Shown: positions 1 through 11,978, numbered from the stretch's first letter. The stretch is 64,000 nucleotides of DNA from Planctomycetota bacterium (GCA_038212275.1 JBBQUR010000005.1:192001-256000), one strand, 5' to 3'. Numbers and translations: made by a program. Notes: generated by a model from the letters alone, not told the origin.

Positions 1-1779
1 CACGCGGCCTTCTTCCTGCTGTGCCTCGGCCTGCTGCCCGATGCGGACGCCGATCCGGCGAGCGTGCGCCGCACGCGCCTGTGGCTGGCGACCGCGCTCG
101 GGCTGCTGCTCGCCGGGCAGTTGGTGGCAGTCCTGCTCGAGGGGCAGCTCTTCGATCCGCTGCATCGGCCCGACGGCACGCTCGGCAACCCGAACGTGCT
201 GGGCACCTTGATCGGCGCCACGATGCTGGCGCTCATCGGCCTGCTCGCGTTGCGCGGGGCGCGCCTGCTCTTTCTGCTGCCGCTACTGCCCTTTCTGCTC
301 TTGTCCCGGTCGCGTGGCGCCGTGGCGGCCACCGGCCTGACGCTGCTGTTGCTCGCGGTGCACTGGAGATTGCGCGCGCTGCTCGTCGCGCTGGGGGTGC
401 TCGTGGTGCTGGTGGTGATCGTGCCGAACCCGCTGCGCGAGCGGGTGGCGAACCTGGAATCGGAGCACGACTTCTCCCGGCCGTTCCTCTGGCAGAGCGC
501 CATCGAGCGCAGCGCGGAGCGGCCGCTGGGCATCGGCCCGGGCATGAATCGCTATGAATTTCTCGCGCACGCCTTCGACGCGGAGCACCCGTGGCTGCTG
601 CATCAGCGGCGCGGCATCGGACTGACGCACAACGTGTTCACCACGCTCTGGCTGGAATGGGGCTGGCTGGCGGGCGCTTCGCTGCTGGTGCTCACCGTCT
701 TCGTGGCGCGACGCCTGCTGCGCACCCGGCTGCGCGATGACGACCCGCTGGCCCTGGGCTCGGCGCTTGGCGCCTGCGTGCTCTTCCTCGAGTTGCAGGT
801 GGACGGCATCGAGCAGAACCCCGTCGCCTTCTCGGTCTTCCTGCTGCTGCTGGCGGCGGCGTTCACGCGGATGCGGCATCGCGGACAGGAGCGCGGCATG
901 GCGCTGCCGCGGCCGCTGGCGGCAGCCGGTCTGCTGGCGATCGGGCTCACGCTCGTGGCGGGGGCCGGCTGGCGCGCGGTGGAGGTCTCGCGGCTGCGCG
1001 ATGCGCAGGCTCTCGTGGCGGAGTTCGAGGTAGCCCATGCCCCGGCGGGAGCCGGCGACGGCAAGGCCGCTGCACCCGCGAGCGCGGGCGGGGGGCCCGC
1101 GGTCGAGACGGTCCGGGAGGCGCTGAATGCGGCCGAGCGCGTGCTGCCCCGCGACGCGGACAGCTCGCTGGCGCGCTTCCTCTTCGAGCGCAATCGCGTG
1201 CTGCGGCTGGCCGACCAGCAGCTGGCCGATGCCGCGATGCGCAAGCAGCGCGATGCGGTGATCGCGGACGCCACGGCCCAGGCCTTTGCAGCGCTCGCGC
1301 GGGCGCGCAACGCCGACGGCCTGGACCCGGAGCTGCCCGAGCTGGGCGCGCAGTTCGCCTTGCAGCGCTTCTACAAGCTGGGCCGGGCGCCCGACGACCT
1401 GGCGACGTATCTGCAGCTCAAGCAGGCCGCGCTGGCCCTCGATCCCCTGGATGTCGACGGGCGCTGGGACCTCGCCCAGGAGGCTCAGCGAAATCACCAG
1501 GTCGCTCTGGCGGAGAGGGAGCAGGCGGCGGTCTTCGCGCTGGAGCCCGACTACGCCCACGTCTGGTACGTCCTGGCCCGGCTGGCCCAGGCGGGCGGAG
1601 ACCGGGAGCGCAGCCTGTACTGCTATGTCCGGGCGGCCGAGGCGGTGCTGAACTGCCAGATCAAGGTCCGGATCGCCAACCCGGCCAGCCAGGTCTTCTT
1701 TCAGCGCAATCTGGATCAGGTGGACCTGGTCGAGGTGTGGAAGCGGGTCTGGGACCTGCGGCGGGAACTGTACTTCTAG
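1..1779 (+). CDS. O-antigen ligase (Wzy_C)-family membrane protein with C-terminal TPR-like helical region; 5'-truncated by window edge
   Basis: Frame is open from base 1; multiple TM segments; motifs GTLGNPN, SRSRGA, PLGIGPG, THN..WLEWG typical of O-antigen ligase/polymerase; helical repeat-like C-terminus. Confidence 0.7.
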   Translation, partial: HAAFFLLCLGLLPDADADPASVRRTRLWLATALGLLLAGQLVAVLLEGQLFDPLHRPDGTLGNPNVLGTLIGATMLALIGLLALRGARLLFLLPLLPFLLLSRSRGAVAATGLTLLLLAVHWRLRALLVALGVLVVLVVIVPNPLRERVANLESEHDFSRPFLWQSAIERSAERPLGIGPGMNRYEFLAHAFDAEHPWLLHQRRGIGLTHNVFTTLWLEWGWLAGASLLVLTVFVARRLLRTRLRDDDPLALGSALGACVLFLELQVDGIEQNPVAFSVFLLLLAAAFTRMRHRGQERGMALPRPLAAAGLLAIGLTLVAGAGWRAVEVSRLRDAQALVAEFEVAHAPAGAGDGKAAAPASAGGGPAVETVREALNAAERVLPRDADSSLARFLFERNRVLRLADQQLADAAMRKQRDAVIADATAQAFAALARARNADGLDPELPELGAQFALQRFYKLGRAPDDLATYLQLKQAALALDPLDVDGRWDLAQEAQRNHQVALAEREQAAVFALEPDYAHVWYVLARLAQAGGDRERSLYCYVRAAEAVLNCQIKVRIANPASQVFFQRNLDQVDLVEVWKRVWDLRRELYF

Positions 1780-1851
1780 GGGGGGTGCCCGTATCCTCTC
1801 CCCCTTTTGCCAGCCCCTTTCAGTTCCTGAACCCGCGGGACCCCACCGTTC

Positions 1852-3903
1852 ATGGACAGCCTCCTCACCGAGCAGACGTCGCTCTACGCGGCACTCGCCG
1901 CGCTGCTCTTCGCCTTCCTGCTCTCGGCCAAGATCGCCAGGCTTCCGGCCGGCGACGAGAAGATGCAGAAGATCGCCCTCGCGATCCGTACCGGCGCCAA
2001 GGCCTTCCTGACCACCGAGTACAAGGTCATCGCGGCCTTCGTCGCGGTCATCGCGACGGCGCTGTACTTCCTGGGGGCCCCGGACGACGCGGGGAGGACT
2101 CCGATCTGCTTCGTCGCCGGCGCCTTCTGCTCGGCGCTCGCGGGCTGGCTGGGCATGAACACCGCGACGCACGCCAACGTGCGCACGACCGCCGCGGCGC
2201 GGACCAGCCTCAAGGACGCGCTCGACGTGGCCTTCAGCTCAGGCATGGTCATGGGTCTATGCGTCGTCGGCCTCGGGCTCGGCGGCGTGACCGTGCTCTA
2301 TCTCGTCTATCACGATCCGCGGCCGCTCTTCGGTTTCGGCTTCGGCGCGTCCTCGATCGCGCTCTTCGCGCGCGTCGGCGGCGGTATCTTCACCAAGGCG
2401 GCTGACGTCGGCGCGGACCTGGTCGGCAAGGTCGAGGCGGGCATCCCCGAGGACGACCCGCGCAACCCGGCCGTCGTGGCCGACAACGTGGGCGACAACG
2501 TCGGCGACGTGGCGGGCATGGGCGCGGACCTCTTCGAGTCCTACGTGGGCTCGATCGTCGCCACCATGGCCATCGGCGCGGTGATCGTCTCCAAGTCGCC
2601 GGGGCTCAACTCGGACATCGTGCTGCTGCCGCTCTACCTGTCGGCCTTCGGCATCGTCGGTTCGCTCGTCGGGCGCTTCTTCGTGAAGACCAATGACGAG
2701 GGCAAGCTCAACTCGGCGCTGTTCCGCGGCCTCGTCGTGGCCTCCATCGTGTTCATCGGGCTGGCCTGGTTCTTCATGCAGAAGCTGTCGCTGAGCTTCA
2801 CGAACCTCGCCGGCAAGAGCGTCGACGGCATGGACATCTTCTGGTCCGTGGTGACCGGCCTGGCGCTCGGCGTCACGGTGGGCAAGATCACGGAGTACTA
2901 CACGTCCGAGAAGGGCAAGCCGGTCCGCAAGATCGCGGAGCAGAGCCAGACGGGCGCGGCCACGAACCTGATCGCCGGACTCGCGACGGGCATGACCAGC
3001 ACGTGGGCGCCGGTGTGCCTCATCGCGCTCGCGGTCGTGCTCGCCTACAACTTCGCGGGCCTCTACGGCATCTCGATCGCCGCGGTCGGCATGCTCTCCA
3101 CCCTGGGCATCTCGCTGGGTGTCGACGCGTACGGCCCCGTGGCCGACAACGCGGGCGGCATCGCCGAGATGAGCCACTGCCCGCCGGACGTGCGCAAGCG
3201 CACGGACAGCCTGGACGCGGCCGGAAACACGACGGCCGCCATCGGCAAGGGCTTCGCCATCGGTTCGGCCGCGCTCACCGCGCTGGCTCTCTTCCAGGGC
3301 TACGCCACGCAGGTCGGCGTGCTGCGCGGCGAGCCGCTCTCGCTGGATCTCACGCGTCCGGACGTCATCGCCGGCGCGCTCATCGGCGCGATGCTGCCCT
3401 TCCTCTTCAGCTCCATGTGCATGACGGCGGTCGGACGCGCGGCGTTCAAGATCGTCGAAGAGGTGCGCCGCCAGTTCAAGACCATCAAGGGCCTCATGGA
3501 AGGCACGGCGGAGCCGGACACGGCACGTTGCGTGGCCATCGCGACGCAGTCCGCCATCCGCGAGATGATCGTGCCGGGCCTGCTCGCCGTCGCCATTCCG
3601 GTGGCTGTCGGTGCGCTGTGGTCGGCCGAGGCGCTGGGCGGCCTGCTCGCCGGCGCGACGCTCTCCGGCGTCATGATGGCCATCTTCATGGCCAACGCCG
3701 GCGGTGCGTGGGACAACGCCAAGAAGCACATCGAGGCGGGCGCGTACGGCGGCAAGGGCAGCGCGACGCACAAGGCGGCCGTCGTGGGCGACACCGTCGG
3801 CGATCCCTTCAAGGACACGGCCGGCCCCGCGATGAACATCCTCATCAAGCTCATGTGCATCGTGGCCGTCGTCGCTGCGCCGATCATCTTTGGCAAGCAC
3901 TAA
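1852..3903 (+). CDS. hppA: Membrane-integral ion-translocating pyrophosphatase, K+-dependent type, probably Na+-pumping
   Basis: [62 protein letters not shown] motifs. Confidence 0.97.
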   Translation: MDSLLTEQTSLYAALAALLFAFLLSAKIARLPAGDEKMQKIALAIRTGAKAFLTTEYKVIAAFVAVIATALYFLGAPDDAGRTPICFVAGAFCSALAGWLGMNTATHANVRTTAAARTSLKDALDVAFSSGMVMGLCVVGLGLGGVTVLYLVYHDPRPLFGFGFGASSIALFARVGGGIFTKAADVGADLVGKVEAGIPEDDPRNPAVVADNVGDNVGDVAGMGADLFESYVGSIVATMAIGAVIVSKSPGLNSDIVLLPLYLSAFGIVGSLVGRFFVKTNDEGKLNSALFRGLVVASIVFIGLAWFFMQKLSLSFTNLAGKSVDGMDIFWSVVTGLALGVTVGKITEYYTSEKGKPVRKIAEQSQTGAATNLIAGLATGMTSTWAPVCLIALAVVLAYNFAGLYGISIAAVGMLSTLGISLGVDAYGPVADNAGGIAEMSHCPPDVRKRTDSLDAAGNTTAAIGKGFAIGSAALTALALFQGYATQVGVLRGEPLSLDLTRPDVIAGALIGAMLPFLFSSMCMTAVGRAAFKIVEEVRRQFKTIKGLMEGTAEPDTARCVAIATQSAIREMIVPGLLAVAIPVAVGALWSAEALGGLLAGATLSGVMMAIFMANAGGAWDNAKKHIEAGAYGGKGSATHKAAVVGDTVGDPFKDTAGPAMNILIKLMCIVAVVAAPIIFGKH

Positions 3904-4515
3904 GCGCTCGTCGGCAGGCGGCAGCAAGGGGCCCGCGGGCGGCGCAGCACCGGCACGTCCCGATGTGGACCGCGAGCAGGGGCAGCTCTGCGCACGCGTG
4001 GCGCTGGACCGTCAGGCCCGTGAAGTGCGCCTGCTCTTCGTCGGCGAGCTGCTGGGCATCGCCGAGTATTTCGTGCTGGCGACGGTGCACAACCGGCGGC
4101 AGGCGCGCGCCATCCGCGACGCCACGCGCGAGGCGCTGAAGGCCGCAGGCTACGGCCCGCCGATGGCCAGCAGCGAGGATCCGGACGGACGCTGGTCGCT
4201 CTACGACTGGGGCGTCGTGGTGCTGCACCTCTTCGATGACGAGGGCCGCCGGCACTTCGACCTCGACGGCCTGTGGGCCGGCGCGGAGGAGGTCCCGTTC
4301 AAGGACTCACCGTCAGGCGCGACAGCCGAGAGCAAGGCGCACCACGCTCCCGCGGAAGCCGCCGAATCCGCGGAGGCCGCTGAGCCTGAGTCGCCTGCAG
4401 CCTCCGCAGCTCCCGCACGAGGCGCGAAGGCCGCGAAGGCCGCGAAATCGATCAAGGCCGTGAAGCCGAAGCCCGCGCGGGCGCCGCGCACAAAGCCCGG
4501 ACGCGGCCACTCGCG

Positions 4516-4519
<4 letters not shown>
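3890..4519 (+). CDS. rsfS: Ribosome silencing factor RsfS/Iojap with Ala/Lys/Pro-rich C-terminal tail (TTG start uncertain)
   Basis: [28 protein letters not shown]...R.HFDLDGLW match the RsfS pattern. Confidence 0.8.
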
Positions 4520-5367
<848 letters not shown>

Positions 5368-5410
5368 GGGACGGCGGTCGGGCGGTCGGGCGGCCCGCGG
5401 CTCCGGCTTC

Positions 5411-7156
5411 ATGCCGCCCGCCCGTGCGGACGAAAAGGGCAGCATGGATCCCGACGCGAGCATCGCCTGGCACGAGTGGAGCGATGAACTGCTCGCCGTG
5501 GCGCGCGAGGAGCGCCGGCCGGTGCTGCTCTCGCTGGTGGCGGGCTGGGGCCGCTTCTGCCGCGCGATGGACGAGACCACGTGGGCCGACCCGGCCGTGA
5601 TCGCCGCCGTGACGGAGCATGCGCTCGCGGTGCGCGTGGACAAGGACGCGCGCCCCGACATCGAGGCGCGCTACGGCCAGGGAGGCTGGCCCGGCACCGT
5701 GATCCTCGGCCCCGAGGGCGAGGTGCTCGCGGGCGGCACCTTCTTCGATGCGCCGACCCTCGTCGCGCTGCTGGGCGATGCCGCGCGCCGCCTGCGCACC
5801 GAGGGCCCCGGCTGGGAGCCCTCGCGCGTGCCGCCGCGGCAGCCGAGCGGCCGGCTGGACGACACGATCCTGCCCGCCATCGAGCAATCGCTGCTGCAGC
5901 ACTTCGACAGCCGGCACGGCGGCTTCGGCACCGGCCAGAAATTCCCGCACCCGGAGGCGCTGGACTTCGCGCTGCTGCGCCAGGCCGAGCACGGCAGCCC
6001 GCGTTTGCGCGAGGTCATCGAGAAGACGCTCTCGCACATGGCCGAGGGCGGCCTGGCCGACCCGGTGGACGGCGGCTTCTTCCGCTTCTGCGCCAGTCGC
6101 GACTGGCGCTCGCCGCACACCGAGAAGCTGCTCGAGGCGAATGCCGGCCTGGCCCGCAACTACCTCGAGGCCGGCCAGCTCATGCAGCGCAGCGACTTCC
6201 TCGAGCAGGGGGCGCGCACGACCGAGGCGCTGCTCGCGCTCTTCCTCGACCGCGACGCCGGACTCTTCCACGCCAGCCTCGATGCCGACGACGAGTACTA
6301 CGCGCAGGACGCCGCGGGACGGCGGACGCGCGCCGCGCCCCTGCGCGACGGGCGTTTCCTCGCCGATGCCAACGCGCGTGCGATCTCCGCGCTGCTCAAG
6401 GCCGGCGCCGTGCTGCGCCGGCCGGAGTTCACGCAGGCCGCGCTGGCCGTCTCGTCCGCCCTGCTGGAGCGTCTCTGGCGGCCGGGGCGCGGCATGTTGC
6501 ACGGAGACGACGGCGCCGGCCGACGCCTCCCCGGCCTGCTGCGCGATCAGGCCGAGACCGCCCGCGCGCTGCTGCACCTGCTGCAGTACACGGATGACCG
6601 GCGCATGCTGCCCGCGCTGCAGGACCTGCTGCAGGCGATTGCCGGCGAACTCGCGAACGCGTCGGCGGGGGCCGGCTCGGGGAGGGCGGCCGCGCCGCGC
6701 GAGGCCGACATCCTCGATGGCGCGGTGGCCGCCGAGGCGCTGCTGCGTGGCGCGCTCTGCTTCGGCCGCCCGGCGTGGGAGCAGCTCGCGCGCGAGGCGC
6801 TGTCGCGCCACACGGGCGACTTCCGCCGCTCCGGCTACGCGATGGCGGCCTGGGGGCGCAGCGTGGAGCTGGTGCTGCACCCGCCGCTGCACATCCTCGT
6901 GCTGGGCCGCGACGACGACCCGGCCACGCTGGCGCTGTTCCGCGCAGCCAACGGCACCTACCTGCCGAGCCGCGTCGTGCAGCGCCTCGACCCGGTGGCG
7001 GACGCAGAGCAGGTGGCGCGCTTCGAACTGCCCGTGCGCGACGAGGCCGTCGCCTACGTCTGCCTCGCGCACGACTGCGCGGCGGAACATCGCGACCCCG
7101 CGACGCTGTGGGCCGCGCTTGCGGCCGCCAACGCGCGGCGCCTGCAGCAGGGTTGA
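5411..7156 (+). CDS. YyaL/SSP411-like protein (DUF255 thioredoxin-like domain + alpha-helical barrel)
   Basis: IAWHEW, VRVDKDARPDI, GGWPGT, FDSRHGGFG..QKFP, GGFFRF..W..PHTEKLL. Confidence 0.85.
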   Translation: MPPARADEKGSMDPDASIAWHEWSDELLAVAREERRPVLLSLVAGWGRFCRAMDETTWADPAVIAAVTEHALAVRVDKDARPDIEARYGQGGWPGTVILGPEGEVLAGGTFFDAPTLVALLGDAARRLRTEGPGWEPSRVPPRQPSGRLDDTILPAIEQSLLQHFDSRHGGFGTGQKFPHPEALDFALLRQAEHGSPRLREVIEKTLSHMAEGGLADPVDGGFFRFCASRDWRSPHTEKLLEANAGLARNYLEAGQLMQRSDFLEQGARTTEALLALFLDRDAGLFHASLDADDEYYAQDAAGRRTRAAPLRDGRFLADANARAISALLKAGAVLRRPEFTQAALAVSSALLERLWRPGRGMLHGDDGAGRRLPGLLRDQAETARALLHLLQYTDDRRMLPALQDLLQAIAGELANASAGAGSGRAAAPREADILDGAVAAEALLRGALCFGRPAWEQLAREALSRHTGDFRRSGYAMAAWGRSVELVLHPPLHILVLGRDDDPATLALFRAANGTYLPSRVVQRLDPVADAEQVARFELPVRDEAVAYVCLAHDCAAEHRDPATLWAALAAANARRLQQG

Positions 7157-7175
7157 GCGGGCAGCCGCCCTCCGG

Positions 7176-9524
7176 TCAGTTGGCCTTCGACTTCGGCGCG
7201 AGCAGGACCTCGCGTCCCACGAGGTACAGGGCCAGCATGATGGCGACGAAGGGGAGGCAGGACAGCAGGTCCGCGTTCGGACCCTCGACGAAGGGATTGC
7301 TCTTCGAGATCGCCTCGAGCTTGTCGTTGAACTCCTGCATGAAGGGCACGCCGGCCATGAAGGCGATGAGAATGCCGGCGATCGCGCCGCCCGCGATGTA
7401 GCCGGAGGCCATGAGCACGCCGGGGCTCTTGTCGCCCTCGGCGACGAGCTGGTCCTCGGTCATGTCCTTGCCGCGGTGCTTCTTGCGGATGTATTTGTCG
7501 ACGAGCCAGCGGATCATGCCGCCCAGGAAGATGGGGCTGGACGAGGAGAGCGGCAGGTACACGCCGACGGCGAAGGCCAGCGACGAGATGCCCGACATCT
7601 CCAGCGTGAGCGCGATCATCACGCCCAGCAGCACGAGGCCCCACGGGAGCTGCCGGTTCAGGATGCCCTTGATGATGTAGGACATCAGGGTGGCCTTCGG
7701 CGCGTCGAACTTCGTGACCTTGTGCAGGCCGTCCGCGGTGTAGTGATGCGTGCCGTTGATGCCCGGGTCCACGAGGAACTGCGGGGTGCCCGAGTCGTCC
7801 ACGAGATACTTCACGGCCGTCGCGCCGTTCGACTCCACGTCCTGGTGGACGAGGTAGTCGCGGCCCTCGTAGCTCTCGCGGGTCGTCATCGAGGCGACGT
7901 CGAAGTGCAGGTCGGCGGGCCAGTTCTCGACGGAGGTCAGCGTCTCGGTGCCGTTGACGGTCACGGGCTCCTGGCTGATGCGGGGGACGAACACGGTGGC
8001 GGACGTGTTGAGCGTGAGCAGGATGGGCCCGAGCACGAGCGCGGAGGCCAGGGCGCCGAGGAGGATCGCGATCTGCTGGGCGCCCGGCGTCGCGCCGACG
8101 AGGAAGCCCGTCTTCAGGTCCTGCGAGGTCGTGCCGCCGTTGCTGGACGCGATGCACACGATGGCGCCGATCGAGAGCGCGGTGACGTAGTAGGCGGAGC
8201 CCGTCCAGCCGATGGCGAGGAAGGCCAGGCAGGTGACGAGCAGCGTCGCGACCGTCATCCCCGAGATGGGGTTGGAGGACGAACCGATCTCGCCGGTCAG
8301 CCGCGAGGACACTGTGACGAACAGGAAGCCCAGCACCACGATGAGGATCGAGGCGACGATGCGCGCCATCGCGCCCGTGCCGCCGACGTAGAGCGGGTCG
8401 GCCACCGCGATCACGGCGACCAGCGCGAAGCACCCGGCGAGCACGACCTTCATCGAGAGGTCGCGGTCCGTGCGGAGCTGGCCGACGCGTGCCGCCGCGC
8501 CGCCACGGAAATCCTTGAGGCCCTCGCGCAGTCCGTGCCAGATCGTCGGCATGGAGCGCAGCAGGCTGATGATGCCGCCCGCGGCCACCGCGCCGGCGCC
8601 GATGTACAGGATGTAGGCCGAGCGGATCTGGCCCGGCGACATGTCCTTGATGAGGCGCGTCGTCTCGGGCGCGAGCGGCGCGAGCAGGCCCTCGCCGAAG
8701 AACTTGATGGCCGGGATGAGCACCAGGTAGGCGAGCACGCCGCCGGCGCACATGATCGACGCGATGCGCGGCCCGATGATGTAACCCACGCCGAGCAGCT
8801 CCGGCGAGATCTCCGCCGACACCGAACCGGCCGCGAAGGGCTTTCCGAAGATCTTCTCCGGCGTGTCCTTCCAGCCGCGGAAGGCGACATTCAGCGCCTT
8901 GTAGACCAGGCCGATGCCGAAGCCCGCGAAGATCGTCTTGGCGCTGGTGGCCTGGCCGCCAAGCTTGGCGATCTCGGCCCTGGCGGACGCGGAGGCTGCG
9001 GCGACGGACTCCTCGGACGCGCCCGCCTTCAGCACCTCGGCGCAGGCGGTGCCTTCCGGGTACTTGAGAATGCCGTGCTGCTGCACGATGAGCGCGCGAC
9101 GCAGCGGAATCATCATGAGGATGCCGAGCAGGCCGCCGAGCACCCCGACGAGCAGGACGCGCGTCACCTCGAGGTCGAAGCCCAGGATCATGATGGCCGG
9201 CATCGTGACGCCGATGCCGAAGGCGATGGACTCGCCGGCCGAGCCGGCCGTCTGCACGATGTTGTTCTCGAGGATCGTGGCGTCCTTGAAGCCGAACTTC
9301 GAGAACAGCCGGAACAGCGTGATCGAGATGACGGCCACCGGGATGGAGGCGCTCACGGTCAGGCCGACCTTCAGCACGAGGTAGAGCGAGGACGCTCCGA
9401 AGACCATGCCGAGCAGCGTGCCGACGACCAGCGGCATGAGCGTCAGCTCGCGCATGTTGGTCGTCGCGGGGATGTAGGAGTCGAACCCCTTGTCGCGCGT
9501 CACGGGAGGCTGCGATCCGGTCAT
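7176..9524 (-). CDS. OPT-family oligopeptide/metal-chelate transporter
   Basis: LKVGLTVSASIP, ENNIVQT, YPEGTACA, SSNPISGMT, SQDLKTGFLVGATP. Confidence 0.95.
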   Translation of the reverse strand: MTGSQPPVTRDKGFDSYIPATTNMRELTLMPLVVGTLLGMVFGASSLYLVLKVGLTVSASIPVAVISITLFRLFSKFGFKDATILENNIVQTAGSAGESIAFGIGVTMPAIMILGFDLEVTRVLLVGVLGGLLGILMMIPLRRALIVQQHGILKYPEGTACAEVLKAGASEESVAAASASARAEIAKLGGQATSAKTIFAGFGIGLVYKALNVAFRGWKDTPEKIFGKPFAAGSVSAEISPELLGVGYIIGPRIASIMCAGGVLAYLVLIPAIKFFGEGLLAPLAPETTRLIKDMSPGQIRSAYILYIGAGAVAAGGIISLLRSMPTIWHGLREGLKDFRGGAAARVGQLRTDRDLSMKVVLAGCFALVAVIAVADPLYVGGTGAMARIVASILIVVLGFLFVTVSSRLTGEIGSSSNPISGMTVATLLVTCLAFLAIGWTGSAYYVTALSIGAIVCIASSNGGTTSQDLKTGFLVGATPGAQQIAILLGALASALVLGPILLTLNTSATVFVPRISQEPVTVNGTETLTSVENWPADLHFDVASMTTRESYEGRDYLVHQDVESNGATAVKYLVDDSGTPQFLVDPGINGTHHYTADGLHKVTKFDAPKATLMSYIIKGILNRQLPWGLVLLGVMIALTLEMSGISSLAFAVGVYLPLSSSSPIFLGGMIRWLVDKYIRKKHRGKDMTEDQLVAEGDKSPGVLMASGYIAGGAIAGILIAFMAGVPFMQEFNDKLEAISKSNPFVEGPNADLLSCLPFVAIMLALYLVGREVLLAPKSKAN

Positions 9525-9822
9525 CTGGGAACCTCCGCTGAGGGGCCGTTCCGTCTGTGGGAGGCCTCGCTGCCCGAGGCCGCCTCACGACCGGAAGCTG
9601 CGTGACTCATGGGGCAGGACGGTATCCGCGGCCAAGGGTCGCCACAACCTCGAAGCTGTCGACGGCCGCCCGACGGCGGGCCGGGGGGCTCACTTCGTCG
9701 TGTGCCGGCCCGCCTCCCGGCGCCTTCGGCCGGGCGGCTGCAGCCGGCGTTCGGGCTCGCGGTGCAACAGGCGGCGGATTCGACGATACAGGTCCGCTCC
9801 TACCCTTCCACGGAGAGAAACC

Positions 9823-10365
9823 ATGCGCATGACCACACCCCTCATCACGCTCGCGCTCGGCGGCCTGCTCGTCGGCGCCACGCTGCTTGCCCAGGACGCC
9901 GGTATGGAGATGCCACATCCCACCGCGGAGCACGCGATGCTCAAGGAGCGCGTCGGCACCTGGGATGCGGCCTTCAAGATGCAGATGGGTCCCGGACAGG
10001 AAGCCCAGGACAAGGGCACGATGACCTACTCGATGCTCGGCGACTTCTGGCTCGTCGGCGACTACGCGGGCCACTTCATGGGCAGCCCCTTCAGCGGCCA
10101 CGAAATGACGACCTTCGATCCGGCCACCAAGCAGCTCGTGACTTACTGGTTCGACTCCATGAGCCCGGCCGCCACGGTGTCGAAGGGCAGCTGGGATGCC
10201 GCGACGAAGACGGCGACTCAGGTGTCGGTCGAGGTCGACCCGATGTCGGGCGTGAAGAACACCCTCAGGACCGTGCTCTCCGACGCGAACACCATGAAGT
10301 TCTCGTCCACGCCGGAAGGCGCGCCTGCACCGATGATGGAGATCACGTACACGCGCAGGAAGTGA
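9823..10365 (+). CDS. Exported DUF1579-like protein
   Basis: GGAGA RBS before ATG 9823; signal peptide; P.PTAEH..L...VGTW, FSGH...TFDP...YWFDSM, MMEITYTR. Confidence 0.75.
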   Translation: MRMTTPLITLALGGLLVGATLLAQDAGMEMPHPTAEHAMLKERVGTWDAAFKMQMGPGQEAQDKGTMTYSMLGDFWLVGDYAGHFMGSPFSGHEMTTFDPATKQLVTYWFDSMSPAATVSKGSWDAATKTATQVSVEVDPMSGVKNTLRTVLSDANTMKFSSTPEGAPAPMMEITYTRRK

Positions 10366-10370
10366 GGGCA

Positions 10371-10435
10371 TCGCGCGACCAGCTCGCGCGACCAGCTCGG
10401 ACGATCACGTCGGACGATCACGTCGCGCGATCGGC
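10371..10435. repeat. 13-bp degenerate tandem repeat x5 between convergent genes
   Basis: TCGCGCGACCAGC x2, TCGGACGATCACG x2, TCGCGCGATCGGC. Confidence 0.85.
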
Positions 10436-10441
10436 GCGCCG

Positions 10442-11965
10442 TCAGACGCCGTATCGCGCGAGGTAGCCGTCCAGGTCGAACTTGCGGGCCGTGTTCGCGC
10501 TGCTCATCCAGCGCACCGTGCCGAAGGCGGTGCGCTCCGGCGCCCAGGGGCGGTCGTAGCGGCCGAAGCACCAGAAGATGCCGCTGCAGCTGTTGGGGTC
10601 GCGGCCGTCCAGTGCCCAGCGATTGTTCAGCTCGAGCAACCACTGCGCCGCCTGCCGCGGCGACTTCGTCCACTCGATGACCTTCTTGCCCCAGAGCATG
10701 CGCAGGTAGTTGTGGATGCGACCCTCGGTCAGCAACTGCCGCTGCGCCGCGTTCCACAGCGGATCGTGCGTTGCGGCCGCGGTGAATTGCTCCAGCGTGT
10801 AGACGCGTTCACGCTGGTCGGTGGCGTGCTTGTCCAGCGTGGCGCGGGCCCAGTCCGGCAGGCTCTCGTAGGTGTCGAAGTCGGGCCGCTGCCAGGCCAT
10901 GTTGAAACCCAGTTCGCGCCACGTGACCAGCTCGTCGATGAAGGCCTCTGCATCGGGTGACAGGCCCCAGAAGCCCTCGCGCTTGCCGTCCGTGCGCGGC
11001 CCGAGCTTCGTGATCGACCAGCTCTCGTGTCGCGCCAGCGCCGCGAAGACCGCGTGCACCGAGACGTGCCCGAAGTGCAACCACGGCGAGAGTCCGCTGG
11101 CGACGTCCGCGTCCGGCTCGCTGCGTTCCGCCGCGTAGCGCGACAGCTTGCGCGCCAGGAAGTCCTTCACGGCCGCGCCGGCGGCGGCGCTACCGCCGCG
11201 CGTCGCGACAACGCCCACCGAGTGGTCGATGGGCAGCGCCGCCAGATCGGCTGCCGCCGCCGCGCGCCCCTCGGGCGTGCCGCGATCGCTCTCGTCGTGC
11301 AGCAGCGTGAAGGACGCGGCGGGCCAGCGTTCGCGCAGCGACAGCGAGAGGTCGTCGAGGCCGAAGTCGGGGAGCTGCACGCCGGCGAGCGGCTCGGGCA
11401 GCGGCATGGCGCGCAGATGGATGGGCAGCGTCTTCTGCAGCACGCGGCGGAAGGCGTAGGCCGTGGGTGACACCGTGGTCGCGGCACGCAGCGGCAGCAG
11501 GCCGTTGCCGTCCACGGTTTCCAGGCGCACGTCGAGCCGCGCCGCGGCGGCCGCCACCATGCGCGGGAGGAAGAAGCACGGATACTCGTCCGTGACGACG
11601 ACGCAGGCGCGCGCGGCGAGCGCTTCCAGCAGGCCCTTGCCCGCGCCGCGCGCCGGTTCCACGTACGGCAGATAGGTCACGGGCAGCTTCGCGAAGCGCC
11701 AGCCGTTCTCGGCCATGCCGTCGAGCACGAAGCGATGCAGCCGGTCGCTGGCCCAGCGGTAGTCGCAGCGCAGGGGCTCGAACACCAGCAGCGGGCGATC
11801 CAGCCGCCGCGCCCACTCCACCGCGCGCTGCAGCCCGAAGTTCCAGGTGGTGCGCCGCGCCGCGATCATCCAGTACAGGACGTAGTCGCGGTCTTCGCGC
11901 ACGGGACGGTCGTGCGGAGTCCCCAGGCGGATCGCGGGGACGGTCGGAGCGGTCAGCGCGCGCAT
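10442..11965 (-). CDS. phrB: Deoxyribodipyrimidine photolyase (class II CPD-photolyase-like)
   Basis: YVLYWM..ARR, SGLSPWLHFGH, TWREL, THDPLWNAAQ, HNYLRMLWGKK, LDGRDPN, YDRPW. Confidence 0.92.
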   Translation of the reverse strand: MRALTAPTVPAIRLGTPHDRPVREDRDYVLYWMIAARRTTWNFGLQRAVEWARRLDRPLLVFEPLRCDYRWASDRLHRFVLDGMAENGWRFAKLPVTYLPYVEPARGAGKGLLEALAARACVVVTDEYPCFFLPRMVAAAAARLDVRLETVDGNGLLPLRAATTVSPTAYAFRRVLQKTLPIHLRAMPLPEPLAGVQLPDFGLDDLSLSLRERWPAASFTLLHDESDRGTPEGRAAAAADLAALPIDHSVGVVATRGGSAAAGAAVKDFLARKLSRYAAERSEPDADVASGLSPWLHFGHVSVHAVFAALARHESWSITKLGPRTDGKREGFWGLSPDAEAFIDELVTWRELGFNMAWQRPDFDTYESLPDWARATLDKHATDQRERVYTLEQFTAAATHDPLWNAAQRQLLTEGRIHNYLRMLWGKKVIEWTKSPRQAAQWLLELNNRWALDGRDPNSCSGIFWCFGRYDRPWAPERTAFGTVRWMSSANTARKFDLDGYLARYGV

Positions 11966-11972
11966 CGCGGCG

Positions 11973-11978
11973 AGCATA
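11973..11978 (-). promoter_or_regulatory. Putative -10 box TATGCT of a leaderless photolyase transcript
   Basis: TATGCT 7 nt upstream of ATG 11965, no SD sequence. Confidence 0.5.

Noticed and set aside
1780..1851. Na+-sensing or other riboswitch before hppA
   Set aside because: Only 72 nt including a likely -10 (TATCCT); no recognisable aptamer
5748..9605. 1285-aa plus-strand ORF and many similar long overlapping ORFs
   Set aside because: Alternative-frame or antisense shadows of the YyaL-like and OPT genes
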